From positions 1 to 56,444 of the forward strand of contig CAWJBB010000006.1 of assembly GCA_963840855.1 (NCBI GenBank): a stretch of 56,444 nucleotides of DNA, written 5' to 3'. The notes beneath the pieces were generated by a model that saw only the letters and a list, made by a program, of their open reading frames with translations, ran no database searches and had not been told where the DNA came from. This DNA comes from an uncultured delta proteobacterium. Lineage in GTDB: Bacteria; Desulfobacterota; Binatia; UBA9968. Below, in pieces: positions 29,231 through 39,228 of the stretch. The translations under genes were made by a program, and so were the position numbers. Every line of letters starts with the position of its first letter. Within the stretch, counting starts at the first letter, position 1.

Positions 29231-30358
29231 TCATGCTCCGGTGTACTCCGGCGCGTCTTCGAATTGCTCGATGCCGCCGACGCCAAGGTGCTCATAAACG
29301 CTGGGCGCGGCGCTGAAAAGCAACGCCGGACGGTCGCCGAGCGAAAAGTGTTGGTGTGTTGTCATCGGCGGAATGCAAATCAGGTCCCCTTGCTCCCAAT
29401 TCCAGCGCTCGCCGTCGTGGATGTCGTAGCCGCGGCCTTCAAGCACGAGGATCAACTCCTCGGCCACATGACGGTGCTGGCCCGAACGGCTTCCCGCTTC
29501 GATTTCCTGAAAATAGATCCACTTATCTTTTGTCGCGGTCTCGGTGTCCGGATCAACCATCCATTTGATTTTTCCCTGGCGCGTCATCTCCCAGGGCGCC
29601 TTGTTATCGCGTGCGACATGGTCGACCTTGCGGCAAAAATCGGCTTCGTCGTGCATCAGTTTCACATAGCGTTCATAGGTGTTCTCCACCACACCGTCGA
29701 ACGATCCCGCCGTGCGGCGCGCCTGAAAGCTGGCCTCACGGTTGGGCTCTGCGCCGAGAATCACTTCGATGTCCTCGGTGATCCCGAGGACACCCTTCTT
29801 GATACGATAGCCTTTTAGCCCGCCCTGTTCGTCGTAGATGGGCTCGGTGCCGTCGCGGAAGGTCGGCTTTTCATTGAGCTTGTGTTGCTCGCGCCAGGTC
29901 AGGCCGAGAAGATTCCCGACCCGGCCTGTCTCCGGCACATAGATAGTGCAACCCAAGTCTCTGTCGCCCCCATGCTGGTGCATCGTGTATGGCGGTACGA
30001 TCAACAAATCGAAAGTTTCGAAAATATAGTTTTCGCCGTCGTTCCATTCCCAGCCTTTACCGGTTACGCAGAAAAGCGTCGGCGCGCCGATATGGCGATG
30101 CATACCGCGCACCGGCGCTTGCGGCGCCACCCGGGTAAAATGGCTCGTCATGCAATAAAGCGGACCGCGGGTAAGCATATCGTAGCAGACATGGTCGCCG
30201 GTTTGGTGCGGGCTATCCATGCCCATGACGGTGGGTTGCATCGGCAGCTGCTTGAGAACATGGGGAAGAGAACGCGCTTTAGCGTCCTCTTGCTGCTGGT
30301 GGACAAACCGTTTTAGCTGGTCGGGCACTCGCTGAACTTCTCGCCAAGGCTCAAGCAT
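29231..30358 (-). CDS. Bicupin protein, paralog of 27751..28896
   Basis: GMHRHIGAP..MHQH and GQHRHVAEE..THQH; shared SPHQTGD, GKGWEWNDGE. Confidence 0.85.
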   Translation of the reverse strand: MLEPWREVQRVPDQLKRFVHQQQEDAKARSLPHVLKQLPMQPTVMGMDSPHQTGDHVCYDMLTRGPLYCMTSHFTRVAPQAPVRGMHRHIGAPTLFCVTGKGWEWNDGENYIFETFDLLIVPPYTMHQHGGDRDLGCTIYVPETGRVGNLLGLTWREQHKLNEKPTFRDGTEPIYDEQGGLKGYRIKKGVLGITEDIEVILGAEPNREASFQARRTAGSFDGVVENTYERYVKLMHDEADFCRKVDHVARDNKAPWEMTRQGKIKWMVDPDTETATKDKWIYFQEIEAGSRSGQHRHVAEELILVLEGRGYDIHDGERWNWEQGDLICIPPMTTHQHFSLGDRPALLFSAAPSVYEHLGVGGIEQFEDAPEYTGA

Positions 30359-30380
30359 AGACTCCTCCGTCGATGATACT

Positions 30381-30460
30381 CACCACGAAGGCACGCAAGG
30401 ACACGAAGGGTTCAGTTATTTATCGTCTTAAACGTTCGTGAACTTCGTGCCTTCGTGGTG
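30381..30460. repeat. CACCACGAAGG...CCTTCGTGGTG palindromic repeat
   Basis: Hairpin, near-identical to 31580-31656. Confidence 0.8.
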
Positions 30461-30513
30461 AGTCCCCTGTTCGTTTGCGCTCTTTGTGCCTAACCTGGTT
30501 TGAACCGATCGCT

Positions 30514-31527
30514 CTACAGTTCCAGCGTGCTGGGAGCGAACAGTTCTTCAAATTTCAATTTTTTCTTGGTCAATCCCTGCTCGAAAGAATAGTCGATGAT
30601 CGTCTCCAACATTTTCCGGTTCGCCTTGACGCCGTAAGGATACGGATCCGGGCCGAATATCTCCCGCGTCTTGGCATGATACTCATCGCGGAAGATCAGG
30701 CCGCTTGGAATATTTTCTTTCAAGCGCTCCTGGGCCCATTGCTTGGCGGCGGTAAACGCTTTGAACAAATTGAACGCCAGCCAGGGATACTTGCGGTCGA
30801 TGTCGCCGCGAATGACGTAAGCGTGGTTCGCCTGAATATAGCCGTGTTTCTTGAAGAAGCGCGCGCCTTCGCCGATCATGTCGGGGAATAAGGGTACGAC
30901 TTTGCTCCAGTCGCCGCCGCGGGCGCGAATTTGCGTCGAGCGGTCGACGATGTTGCTCTCCCGTGAAAACGCGCGGTGCACCGACGCCACGTCGATCTCG
31001 TTCGCCACCAACATCGACGCGAGACTCTTGTCCTGAGGAATCCGCTGAAAAGAAATGCCCGGCGGCGGCGCAAAGCCCGTCGCGCCCCCATGGCTCAACT
31101 CTTCGCTGCGCTCCATGTACCAGTGCACCTTGTATTGCGAAACTCCAAAGTCATGCTCTAAAACCCCGCGCACCCATAGGGACGCTGTCTGCTGGTACTC
31201 GCCCACCCCGATCCTCTTGCCGACGATGTCCCCCGGTTGCTTGATACCGGAATCCACATGGTACGAGAGCTGGGCGTGCATGAAGCGGCGCGACGGAAAT
31301 ACGGGCAGGGCGATCATGTCCATGCCCTGCGATTTCGCGATGAGATACGAGGAGAGCGACATTTCGGAAATTTCGAATTCCTGGAACTTGAGCTGGCGCC
31401 AAAAAGTCTCCGAAGGATCCGAATAGGTGGTAATGAGCTCGACGCCTTCAATCGGGATCGTGCCGTTGATCATCGGTTCGACCCGCTCGTTGAAAGCCGT
31501 TACAAAACTTAGCTGCAGCTTGGCCAT
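30514..31527 (-). CDS. 4,5-dihydroxyphthalate decarboxylase-like protein (PBP2 fold)
   Basis: EFEISEMSLSSY, PVFPSRRF, IGVGEYQQTASLWVRGVL, DPYPYGVKANR. Confidence 0.8.
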   Translation of the reverse strand: MAKLQLSFVTAFNERVEPMINGTIPIEGVELITTYSDPSETFWRQLKFQEFEISEMSLSSYLIAKSQGMDMIALPVFPSRRFMHAQLSYHVDSGIKQPGDIVGKRIGVGEYQQTASLWVRGVLEHDFGVSQYKVHWYMERSEELSHGGATGFAPPPGISFQRIPQDKSLASMLVANEIDVASVHRAFSRESNIVDRSTQIRARGGDWSKVVPLFPDMIGEGARFFKKHGYIQANHAYVIRGDIDRKYPWLAFNLFKAFTAAKQWAQERLKENIPSGLIFRDEYHAKTREIFGPDPYPYGVKANRKMLETIIDYSFEQGLTKKKLKFEELFAPSTLEL

Positions 31528-31579
31528 GGTTTTTTACCTCGCTTCCCGAATGAATGCATCACTGAACGAGATAACGTTT

Positions 31580-31656
31580 CACCACGAAGGCACGAAGCAC
31601 ACGAAGGGTTCGGATATTATTCTCTTAAACTTCGTGACCTTCGTGCCTTCGTGGTG
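31580..31656. repeat. CACCACGAAGG...CCTTCGTGGTG palindromic repeat
   Basis: Hairpin. Confidence 0.8.
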
Positions 31657-31683
31657 AGTCCCCTCTTCTCTGCGTCCTTTGCC

Positions 31684-32789
31684 TCACTTGGCCTGTTCGG
31701 CGACGAATTTTTCGCACCACATCTCTGTCCCAGATACCCGGCCCCCATAGGCGGAAATAGCGCACCCCTTTTTGCCGAAGACTCCATGCCGGCAATTCAT
31801 CCTTCGGGATATCTTCACGCAAGGAATTGGGTCCCTGGTCATTGGGATCGCCCTTTTGAGCGGCAATTTGTCCTTCGCGGGAGAGAAACCAATTGATCAA
31901 CACCTTGGCCGCATTCGGATGCGGCGCCCGGTTCATCAATGAAATCATCGTTCCACCCGCTTCCATCCCGACGCCGTCTTTGCTCAAGGCATGGGGGTCC
32001 AAAACTTCCACCGGCAGTCCCTGCCGCTTGGCCTCATCTACTTCAGTGGCTTTCGCCGTGATCGCGATCGGAAACTTCCCTGAACCTATCCAATCGGTCT
32101 GCAGTGTCTCGTTGCGCACAAAAGTGAGACCGCCGGTTGCGATCAGCTTGCGGAGATACTCAGGACCCAATTGAGGGTTGTAATAGAGAAAGAGCAGCGG
32201 GCTGCCGCCGCCCGGTTCGGCGGGGTCCTTCGCGGTGATCTTGCCTTTCCACTTGGGATCGAGCAGGTCCCAGAACGAGGTAAGGCTCTTGGGATCCACG
32301 AGTTTGGTATTGTATCCCAACAGCCGGAAGGGAAAAGCGGCATAAACAAAAACGTAGCGGTTCTCAGCGTCGTTATAATGGTGTTTACCCTCGAACCATT
32401 TCGAGGTGTCTTTCACTTCGGGCATGACAAAAGCGCCGGGCAGCGGATCGAGCGCTTGGGCTTTTAGGAGCGTAGTGGTTGTGCCGCCCCCCAAACGGAC
32501 GACATCAGCAAGAAATTTGCCCGCTCTTCTCTCCGCCATGATGCGCTGCAGGATTTGGGCCGCGTTGGTGGCGACCATGAACCAGTTTGATTTTAGGAAA
32601 TCTCTTTTGGAAGGCTTGCCACTCGGCATCCGGCCCGACCTTATAGACCGCCACCTGACCTTCTTGCTCCGCTGCCTTCACGGTGCGTTCCCACTCATCA
32701 CCGCCGAGGCCACTCTCAGCTCCGAGAGCCGGCACATAAAGTAAGCATAACAATAGCGCGATGAGCGCGAAGTTTTTCAGTGGAATCAT
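31684..32789 (-). CDS. Extracellular solute-binding protein (PBP2), two apparent frameshifts
   Basis: ORF 32505..32789 (signal peptide, AAEQEG) + 31625..32629 (WDLLDPKWKGK, APHPNAAKVLINWFLSREGQ) + end EKFVAEQAK*. Confidence 0.8.
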
Positions 32790-32855
32790 AAATTCCTCCT
32801 TCCCGCCGAGAACACCAACGTCACGAACGCGGTACGCGGTCTGTGCCCTTTGTGA

Positions 32856-33521
32856 TCAATTTTTGAACCCCCCGATGACAGCGGTATTACCTTCGCGCCA
32901 GAAGCAATCGACATCTTTAAATCCCGCTCGCTTCAGCAAATGAAACTGCTGCATCAGGTTGGGCGCGGGGCCATCCATTTTCGCCGCGTGACCGCGCGTT
33001 TTGATTTGCAGGTCGCGGTAATAACGCTTTAGATTCGCAGTGGAAAAATTGACCCGCTCGATATTCATAAAAAACCCGCCCGACCGTAGCAACTCGTAGA
33101 TCTGCCGGTAGACCCGCTCGATGGGCTTGAGCTTTCTAAGATTGTGTACTGCCCTAGCGCTGACAATCGCGCCAAGCTCCCGAGGCAGGCCGGATGACCA
33201 ATCCGCCGCGCTGAAGTCCGACTCTAAGAACGAGACCCTGTCGCCAAACGGCGCGAGGCGTTGCCGCGCCTGCCTGAGCATCTCGTCCGATCCGTCCAAA
33301 CATATAACATTGACTTCAGGGAACGCGGCAAGTATTTTCCCGGCCAGAGTGCCAGGGCCGGAGCCCAAGTCCATAACCCGAGACGGTCCTTCCAGAAAGA
33401 TCGAAAGCCACTTGAGCGCCGCGTTGAACTGGGCTTCCCGCTCCAAAGCTCGCTGCTCATCTTTGGACACCCACTCTTGCGCGTATTCCTTCGATTCCCA
33501 TTCATGTTCACTAGGGGTCAT
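32856..33521 (-). CDS. Class I SAM-dependent methyltransferase
   Basis: VMDLGSGPG motif I, LDGSDEML, AVHNL. Confidence 0.9.
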   Translation of the reverse strand: MTPSEHEWESKEYAQEWVSKDEQRALEREAQFNAALKWLSIFLEGPSRVMDLGSGPGTLAGKILAAFPEVNVICLDGSDEMLRQARQRLAPFGDRVSFLESDFSAADWSSGLPRELGAIVSARAVHNLRKLKPIERVYRQIYELLRSGGFFMNIERVNFSTANLKRYYRDLQIKTRGHAAKMDGPAPNLMQQFHLLKRAGFKDVDCFWREGNTAVIGGFKN

Positions 33522-33550
33522 AACCTTTACTCCGGCGACGTCAATGCGAA

Positions 33551-33606
33551 ATGGAGTGCTGGAGTAGTGGCGTATCGGGTTCCAAATGCATTACTCCATC
33601 ACTCCA
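33551..33606. repeat. GGAGTNN/NNACTCC heptamer inverted repeat
   Basis: atggagtgctggagtagtgg ... ttactccatcactcca; same family as 12545-12615. Confidence 0.55.
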
Positions 33607-33623
33607 GTTAGCACAAAACCCTC

Positions 33624-34718
33624 TCACCTTGTAACCTGACAGCGATCGGCGGGCACGTGAACATAAACGCGCTCGCCCGGAAGAAAAACCTGGTGCGGGC
33701 TGAGCAACGCCCGCAAGGTCTTGCCTTTGATCAGGATCTCGCCATCGACGAAGTTTCCCAGGAAGAGGGCGCGCTTGACGGTGCCTTCAAAAACGTTCTC
33801 GGAGACATCGCCGCGCTCGCGGGAGCACACCAAGCCTTCCGGGCGAATCACAACGAACACGGACTCATCCGTTCTCACCTCGGTTTTGCCGAGCTCGACG
33901 ACGATCGCACCCAGTTCGGTATCCACCACGCCCCGGTCTCCCGTGCGCACGACACGTCCTTGCAACGCGTTGACCGTTCCGAGGAACTCGGCGATCAGCT
34001 TGTTTTTGGGACGCACGTACATTTCGTAAGGCGTGCCCATCTCGATCAACTCGCCATTCATGATCACGCCGATAACATCTGAAAGTGCCAGCGCTTCGAC
34101 CTGGTCATGGGTCACAAAAAAAGTCGTGATACCTACGGCGCGCGCCAGTTCCTTGAGCTCGACACGCATCTCCTCGCGCAGTTTCGCGTCCAGGTTGCTC
34201 AACGGCTCATCCAGCAAGAGGAGCTTCGGCTTGCGCACCAGGGCGCGCGCCAGCGCTACACGCTGTTGTTGGCCGCCGCTCAATTGGGTCGCGGGCCGGT
34301 TTATAAGACCGTCCATTTGCACGGTTTTCAAGGCATCTTTCACATTGGTTTCGATTTCAGACTTTGAGCGTCTCTTTCCTCTGGCGCCATATAACAAAGG
34401 AAACGCCACGTTGTGAAAAACATCCATGTGCGGCCAGATGGCGTAGGATTGAAACACCATCCCGATGGGCCGTTCCTCGGGTGGAACCAGGATATGTCTT
34501 TGCGCGGAAAAGACGCATTCGCCATCGATATAAATTTCTCCGTCCTCCGGGTGCTCCAATCCGGCGATGCAGCGCAAAGTCGTGCTCTTGCCCGAGCCGC
34601 TGGGACCGAGAAAAGTGAAAAACTGTCCCTCACCGATGTCGACGCTGACGTTCTTTACCGCGCCAACTTGTCCCTTATCGACAATGAAGGTTTTTCTTAG
34701 ATTGCTGATTTTTAGCAT
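33624..34718 (-). CDS. ABC transporter ATP-binding protein (FbpC/PotA-like, TOBE domain)
   Basis: GPSGSGKS, LSGGQQQR, LLLDEP, VTHDQ. Confidence 0.93.
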   Translation of the reverse strand: MLKISNLRKTFIVDKGQVGAVKNVSVDIGEGQFFTFLGPSGSGKSTTLRCIAGLEHPEDGEIYIDGECVFSAQRHILVPPEERPIGMVFQSYAIWPHMDVFHNVAFPLLYGARGKRRSKSEIETNVKDALKTVQMDGLINRPATQLSGGQQQRVALARALVRKPKLLLLDEPLSNLDAKLREEMRVELKELARAVGITTFFVTHDQVEALALSDVIGVIMNGELIEMGTPYEMYVRPKNKLIAEFLGTVNALQGRVVRTGDRGVVDTELGAIVVELGKTEVRTDESVFVVIRPEGLVCSRERGDVSENVFEGTVKRALFLGNFVDGEILIKGKTLRALLSPHQVFLPGERVYVHVPADRCQVTR

Positions 34719-34993
34719 GTCAGTGATCCTCAATTTCAGCGCCACATGGGCCGTTGTTGGAACAGAGGTCAGAAGGCGGAAAGCGGAAACCTGCCGACTC
34801 CCGATTTCTGACGTCTTCTTCGTTCGATGATTGGCAATACTAGATTCACCCAATTAGTTCAACCTCTATATCGTCGTCGCAGTCACGTCCAGGCACTTAG
34901 AATCGCCCGATCGCCTGGATCAATAATCTAAACCCTTGCCCGGCCAGCCCATGTGGGATAAAACAAATCGCGTCAGTCTCAGCGGGGCCCCGC

Positions 34994-36112
34994 ATGATGA
35001 GTAAATCGTTCGCCATTACGCTCCTGGTTTCGCTCTTTCTGTCAACCATTGCGACGGAACTTCAGGCCGACTGGAAAGGCGACTGGGAAAACGTGCTGGA
35101 GGCGGCCAAGAAAGAGGGACGGCTGAATCTCTACGTCGGCCGCTATGGGCAGGGGCCCCTCTTGGACGAATTCAGGAAGGAACACCCCGAGATAAAGGTA
35201 GTGTCGGTCAACGGCACGGGCGATCAGATTGCGACCCGGATCGTCGCGGAAGTCCGCGCCGGCAGAACGATCGCGGACATCTATAGCGGCGGGCCAAATT
35301 CCAATTTTAATTTTTTGTACCGCGGCAAAATTCTCGACTCCATTAGGTCCGCTTTCATTCTTCCCGAAGTGCTCGATGAATCGAAGTGGTATGAAGGAAA
35401 GCATGTCTTCACGGACCGTGAAGGCCAATTTATTTTCGTCTATGTCGCCCTTCCCGGTTCCCGCGGCCTCGCCTTCAATTCAAATCTTGTTAACCCGAAA
35501 GAATTCAAGTCGTATTGGGATCTGACACAACCGAAGTGGAAAGGAAAGATCGTCTCGCAACGGCCCACGGAGACCGGCCTCAGCGTGCACTTGCAGTTCT
35601 ACTACTATAACGCCGAACTGGGTCCGGAGTTCATCCGGCGTTTGTTTGGCGCCATGGAGCCTAGTTTTGGCGACCGCCGCACGATCACGGATTGGCTGGC
35701 GGTGGGGAAATTCGCCATCTGCCATGGCTGCCGGCAAATTGAGAAGGCGCAGGGCCAAGGGCTGCAGGTGGACGATTTCGACACCGGCAACTGGAAAGAA
35801 GGACAGCCGCTCAGCACCGGAGGCGGCTCCATTAGCCTAATCAAGGGCGGTCCCCATCCCAACGCGGCGCGCGTTTTCATCAATTGGTTTCTCTCACGCA
35901 AGGGACAAACCGCCATGCAAAAATCCAACGATCTGTACGGCGAGCTTCCTCCTAACTCACGGCGCATGGATATTCCCAAGGATATGCTTCCCGCGGAAAA
36001 TCGGCTGGTGGAAGGAAGAAAGTACTTGGATGTGGCTCGCCCGGAGTTCAATGACATGACTCCAGTTCTTAACCTGGCAAAGGAAATCATGAGAGCGCGG
36101 GAGCAAAAGTGA
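34994..36112 (+). CDS. Extracellular solute-binding protein (PBP2)
   Basis: Signal peptide, AAKKEG, YWDLTQPKWKGK, PHPNAARVFINWFLSRKGQ. Confidence 0.9.
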   Translation: MMSKSFAITLLVSLFLSTIATELQADWKGDWENVLEAAKKEGRLNLYVGRYGQGPLLDEFRKEHPEIKVVSVNGTGDQIATRIVAEVRAGRTIADIYSGGPNSNFNFLYRGKILDSIRSAFILPEVLDESKWYEGKHVFTDREGQFIFVYVALPGSRGLAFNSNLVNPKEFKSYWDLTQPKWKGKIVSQRPTETGLSVHLQFYYYNAELGPEFIRRLFGAMEPSFGDRRTITDWLAVGKFAICHGCRQIEKAQGQGLQVDDFDTGNWKEGQPLSTGGGSISLIKGGPHPNAARVFINWFLSRKGQTAMQKSNDLYGELPPNSRRMDIPKDMLPAENRLVEGRKYLDVARPEFNDMTPVLNLAKEIMRAREQK

Positions 36113-36150
36113 GATTACTCATCGCTGCCGCAAAGAGATACTTTGGCTCC

Positions 36151-36897
36151 TTAGCGCGCTTTTCGCGAGGTTTCGCTCGCCAGCTCGCGATCAAGAAAGT
36201 CGACGACGAGCGGCCAGACCCGTTCTGCAAGTTCGGGCTGATAACCGCCTCCTGATTCCGGCGAAGCAAACCCGTGGTTGCCGTCTGGAAAGAGATGCCA
36301 TTCCAAGGGCTGCCCATTGGCCAGGAAGCTTGCCATGATCTTCTGCTGCACCGGCAGGGTGCTAATGTGGTCGCGCCCGCCATAGATAATGGACGAAGGA
36401 CATTTGATGTCACGGGCAGCATCACAGGGGTGACGCGGCCGGAGCTTGCTCGGCGGCTCTTCCTTGATGGAAGCGTAATAAGCCGCAAATGCCTTTACCG
36501 CGGGCGTTGCGGCGACAAAATGCACGCCGATACGGCCTCCCATGCAATATCCAATGACTCCCACACGCGCTGGATCAATATCCGGCCGGGAAGTCAGATA
36601 ACGCCATCCTACGTCGATGGCGCGGACAAATTCTTCGTCCGATCGCACCTCTTGAACTTCCTCTTTCCCCGCGAGAGTTCCTGAAAGGTCTGCGAAGCCT
36701 AACAAATTGTAGAGATCCGGCATGATAGTACAGTAGCCAAGCTTGGCGAACTTGTAGGCCTCGGTTCTCAGGTATCCGGTCGTGCCCGAGGAATGGATGA
36801 TCAATAAGCCCGGGCCGCGCTCCTGCCGTATGGGATGGGCTATGTAGCCGGGCAAGCCATCTTCTTTTTCTTTTAAGCTTCGGGTGATAACTCGCAT
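36151..36897 (-). CDS. Dienelactone hydrolase-family protein
   Basis: GYCMGG nucleophile elbow, GGRD, NHGF; GGAGG RBS before ATG 36897. Confidence 0.88.
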   Translation of the reverse strand: MRVITRSLKEKEDGLPGYIAHPIRQERGPGLLIIHSSGTTGYLRTEAYKFAKLGYCTIMPDLYNLLGFADLSGTLAGKEEVQEVRSDEEFVRAIDVGWRYLTSRPDIDPARVGVIGYCMGGRIGVHFVAATPAVKAFAAYYASIKEEPPSKLRPRHPCDAARDIKCPSSIIYGGRDHISTLPVQQKIMASFLANGQPLEWHLFPDGNHGFASPESGGGYQPELAERVWPLVVDFLDRELASETSRKAR

Positions 36898-37327
36898 GTC
36901 ATTGATCCTCCTGTTCACTATTTGCAGCAGGGTTGGCCTGCGATAAATCGTGGTATGTGGTTCAGTTTGATAATAATACGTTTGTAGGGCGAGCCCAAAC
37001 GACCTGGTCGCACCAGAACGAGGGCACGCACAGAGGCGATGTCTCTCACGTTTTCCGCGTACGTCTGAAATTCTGACAACTTGCCCGGTTTTTGCCTGTG
37101 TGTTCACTTGTTACTTCAGCGCCGCGCTTTCTGTCAACCTAGTCGTCGCCACCGTATTTGCTGACTGCGGTTAGCGCATTGCTTGACCTGACTTTCCTAC
37201 GGCGCGACTCTTCATCTGTTCGCTATGTTGTGATATGCGGTGTAGGTCTGATTCCTCGATAAGTGCGGTAACAAGGGCCGCATTGAGGCAATGCAATATT
37301 CGTTCATAATGAAGCTCGGAGGAAACG

Positions 37328-38455
37328 ATGAAAGCCATGCACTTTAGAGCCGGCCTGGCGGTCTCCGCCATTGCTATTTTACTCCTGAGCGGCAGCGCGT
37401 TTGCCGCGGCGCCAAGCCCCGCCCTCGCAAAGGCTCGGCAAGAAGCGGAGGCAAAGGGCTACATCTTTGAGTCGAGCCATGACGAGGTCGTCGCCAAAGC
37501 CAAGAAGGAAGGAAAACTTCGGGTGCTCAGCACCATGGAGAGCGCCGTCATCAAAGCGATGCGCGATGCTTTCAAGAAGAAGTATTCGTTTATTGACTTG
37601 CAGGTCCAAGAGCTCGGTGGGGTGGAAGAGAATCAACGCTTCCTCTTGGAGTTGAAAGCGGGCACGGTCAAAGCTTGGGACGTCAACCGCGCCTATACCG
37701 AATTTTACGATCAGTATTTTCCTTATCAGAAGAAATTCGACATCCTCGGTATGGCGGAACATAAAGTGCTCGATATTCCACCCAAACTCGTCGACCCGCA
37801 ACTGCGTAACCTGGTGACCATCGGCAGCAACATTACGATCGTCGCTTATAACAAAAAACTCATCAGCGCCGAAAAAGTGCCGGATCGCTGGGAGGATTTT
37901 GCCAAGCCCGAGTTCAAAGGAAAGAAATTTGTCGTTGATATCCGGCCCCTACCCCTTGGCATGCTGGTGCCTGCCTTTGGGTTGGAGAAGGCGGTCGACT
38001 TAGCTAAGAAGTTAAATGCCCAACAGCCGATTTGGGGCCGCGGCCATACCCGGGTGATGGCTTCGCTACAAGCCGGCGAGTACCCGCTTTTCCTCGGCCC
38101 GAACTTCGGCTCGGTCAGACGGACGCAAATGAAAGACCCCACCGGAGTCATCGGCTATAAGATTCCGGAGCCTATTCCGGCTAGGCTGCATGAAGCCAAC
38201 GGCATTCTGGCCAACGCCGCATATCCCTACGCCGGTCTGCTATGGATAGAGTTCCAGGCGTCCCCGGAGGGCCAGAAGATCATGGACGAGCAGTGGCCTT
38301 ACGGCGCATCGCTCTTTGCTCCCGGTTCGGTTCAAGAAGATGTGACGCGGGGCAAAAAACTTTCCATCATCGATTGGAATCACTACACCAAACTGGACGA
38401 TTACCTGAGCAAAATCGTCGAGGCGATGGGCTTTCCGACGGCGACGGTGAAGTAG
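37328..38455 (+). CDS. Extracellular solute-binding protein (PBP2)
   Basis: Paralog of 17483..18610; GGAGG RBS. Confidence 0.9.
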   Translation: MKAMHFRAGLAVSAIAILLLSGSAFAAAPSPALAKARQEAEAKGYIFESSHDEVVAKAKKEGKLRVLSTMESAVIKAMRDAFKKKYSFIDLQVQELGGVEENQRFLLELKAGTVKAWDVNRAYTEFYDQYFPYQKKFDILGMAEHKVLDIPPKLVDPQLRNLVTIGSNITIVAYNKKLISAEKVPDRWEDFAKPEFKGKKFVVDIRPLPLGMLVPAFGLEKAVDLAKKLNAQQPIWGRGHTRVMASLQAGEYPLFLGPNFGSVRRTQMKDPTGVIGYKIPEPIPARLHEANGILANAAYPYAGLLWIEFQASPEGQKIMDEQWPYGASLFAPGSVQEDVTRGKKLSIIDWNHYTKLDDYLSKIVEAMGFPTATVK

Positions 38456-38481
38456 CATATGCGGCCCCGAGGAGACGCGCT

Positions 38482-39213
38482 ATGGCTGAACAGAAGCAAG
38501 TTCACGTCGGATTATTGAGCCCCGAGGGAACCAACTCGAGCCATTTTCGCCATTTCGAAGCCTTGTTACCGCCCGAGATTCAACTCTCGATGGAGGGTCT
38601 GCAGCTGGCCCGGAGTTCGCGCTATGAGCTGCGCGGCAAGTCGGATGTCATCATTTCACGGGCCATGCAATTTGCGCGAAAACTTTCCTTGCAGGGACTG
38701 ATCGTCACCGGCGCGCCGGTCGCCATCCTCAATCCGGGACTGGAGACGCAAGTTTCTCAAGCGGTCGGGATCCCGGTGGTTACCGCGGTTTCTTCGGCCA
38801 TCGCCGCACTCAACGCAATCGGAGCGAAGAACCTGCTGGTGATAACGCCTTTCGATGTTCCAATGAATGAAAGTCTCACGAGCGAGCTACAGCGCGCGGG
38901 CTTGCACGTGCTCTCATGTCCTGCGTTTGCAGACCCTACATTTGGCTCGAGCTCAAAGGTGGGCCCGGAGGAAATCTTTGCCAGCACGACGAAGGCTTTC
39001 GCGACGGCTGGCGCCGTCGACGCGATCTATTTTCAAGGCGCCAGGCTCGATCCGCTGCCGATTATCGACAGACTGGAAGAGCAGCTTGGCGTCCCCATCG
39101 TTGCCAGCAATCCAGCCATGCTGTGGCATATCTTGTCGCGCCTGAATGTGCGATGTTCCATCGGCGGCTATGGCAAACTTCTGAAAAATTGGCCGGCTCT
39201 GGCGAGCCATTAA
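38482..39213 (+). CDS. Asp/Glu racemase / maleate isomerase / arylmalonate decarboxylase-family protein
   Basis: GIPVVTAVSSAIAALNAIGAKNLLVITPF, LEEQLGVPIVASNPAMLW; GAGGAG RBS. Confidence 0.8.
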   Translation: MAEQKQVHVGLLSPEGTNSSHFRHFEALLPPEIQLSMEGLQLARSSRYELRGKSDVIISRAMQFARKLSLQGLIVTGAPVAILNPGLETQVSQAVGIPVVTAVSSAIAALNAIGAKNLLVITPFDVPMNESLTSELQRAGLHVLSCPAFADPTFGSSSKVGPEEIFASTTKAFATAGAVDAIYFQGARLDPLPIIDRLEEQLGVPIVASNPAMLWHILSRLNVRCSIGGYGKLLKNWPALASH

Positions 39214-39228
39214 CACGACTGACTTGCA

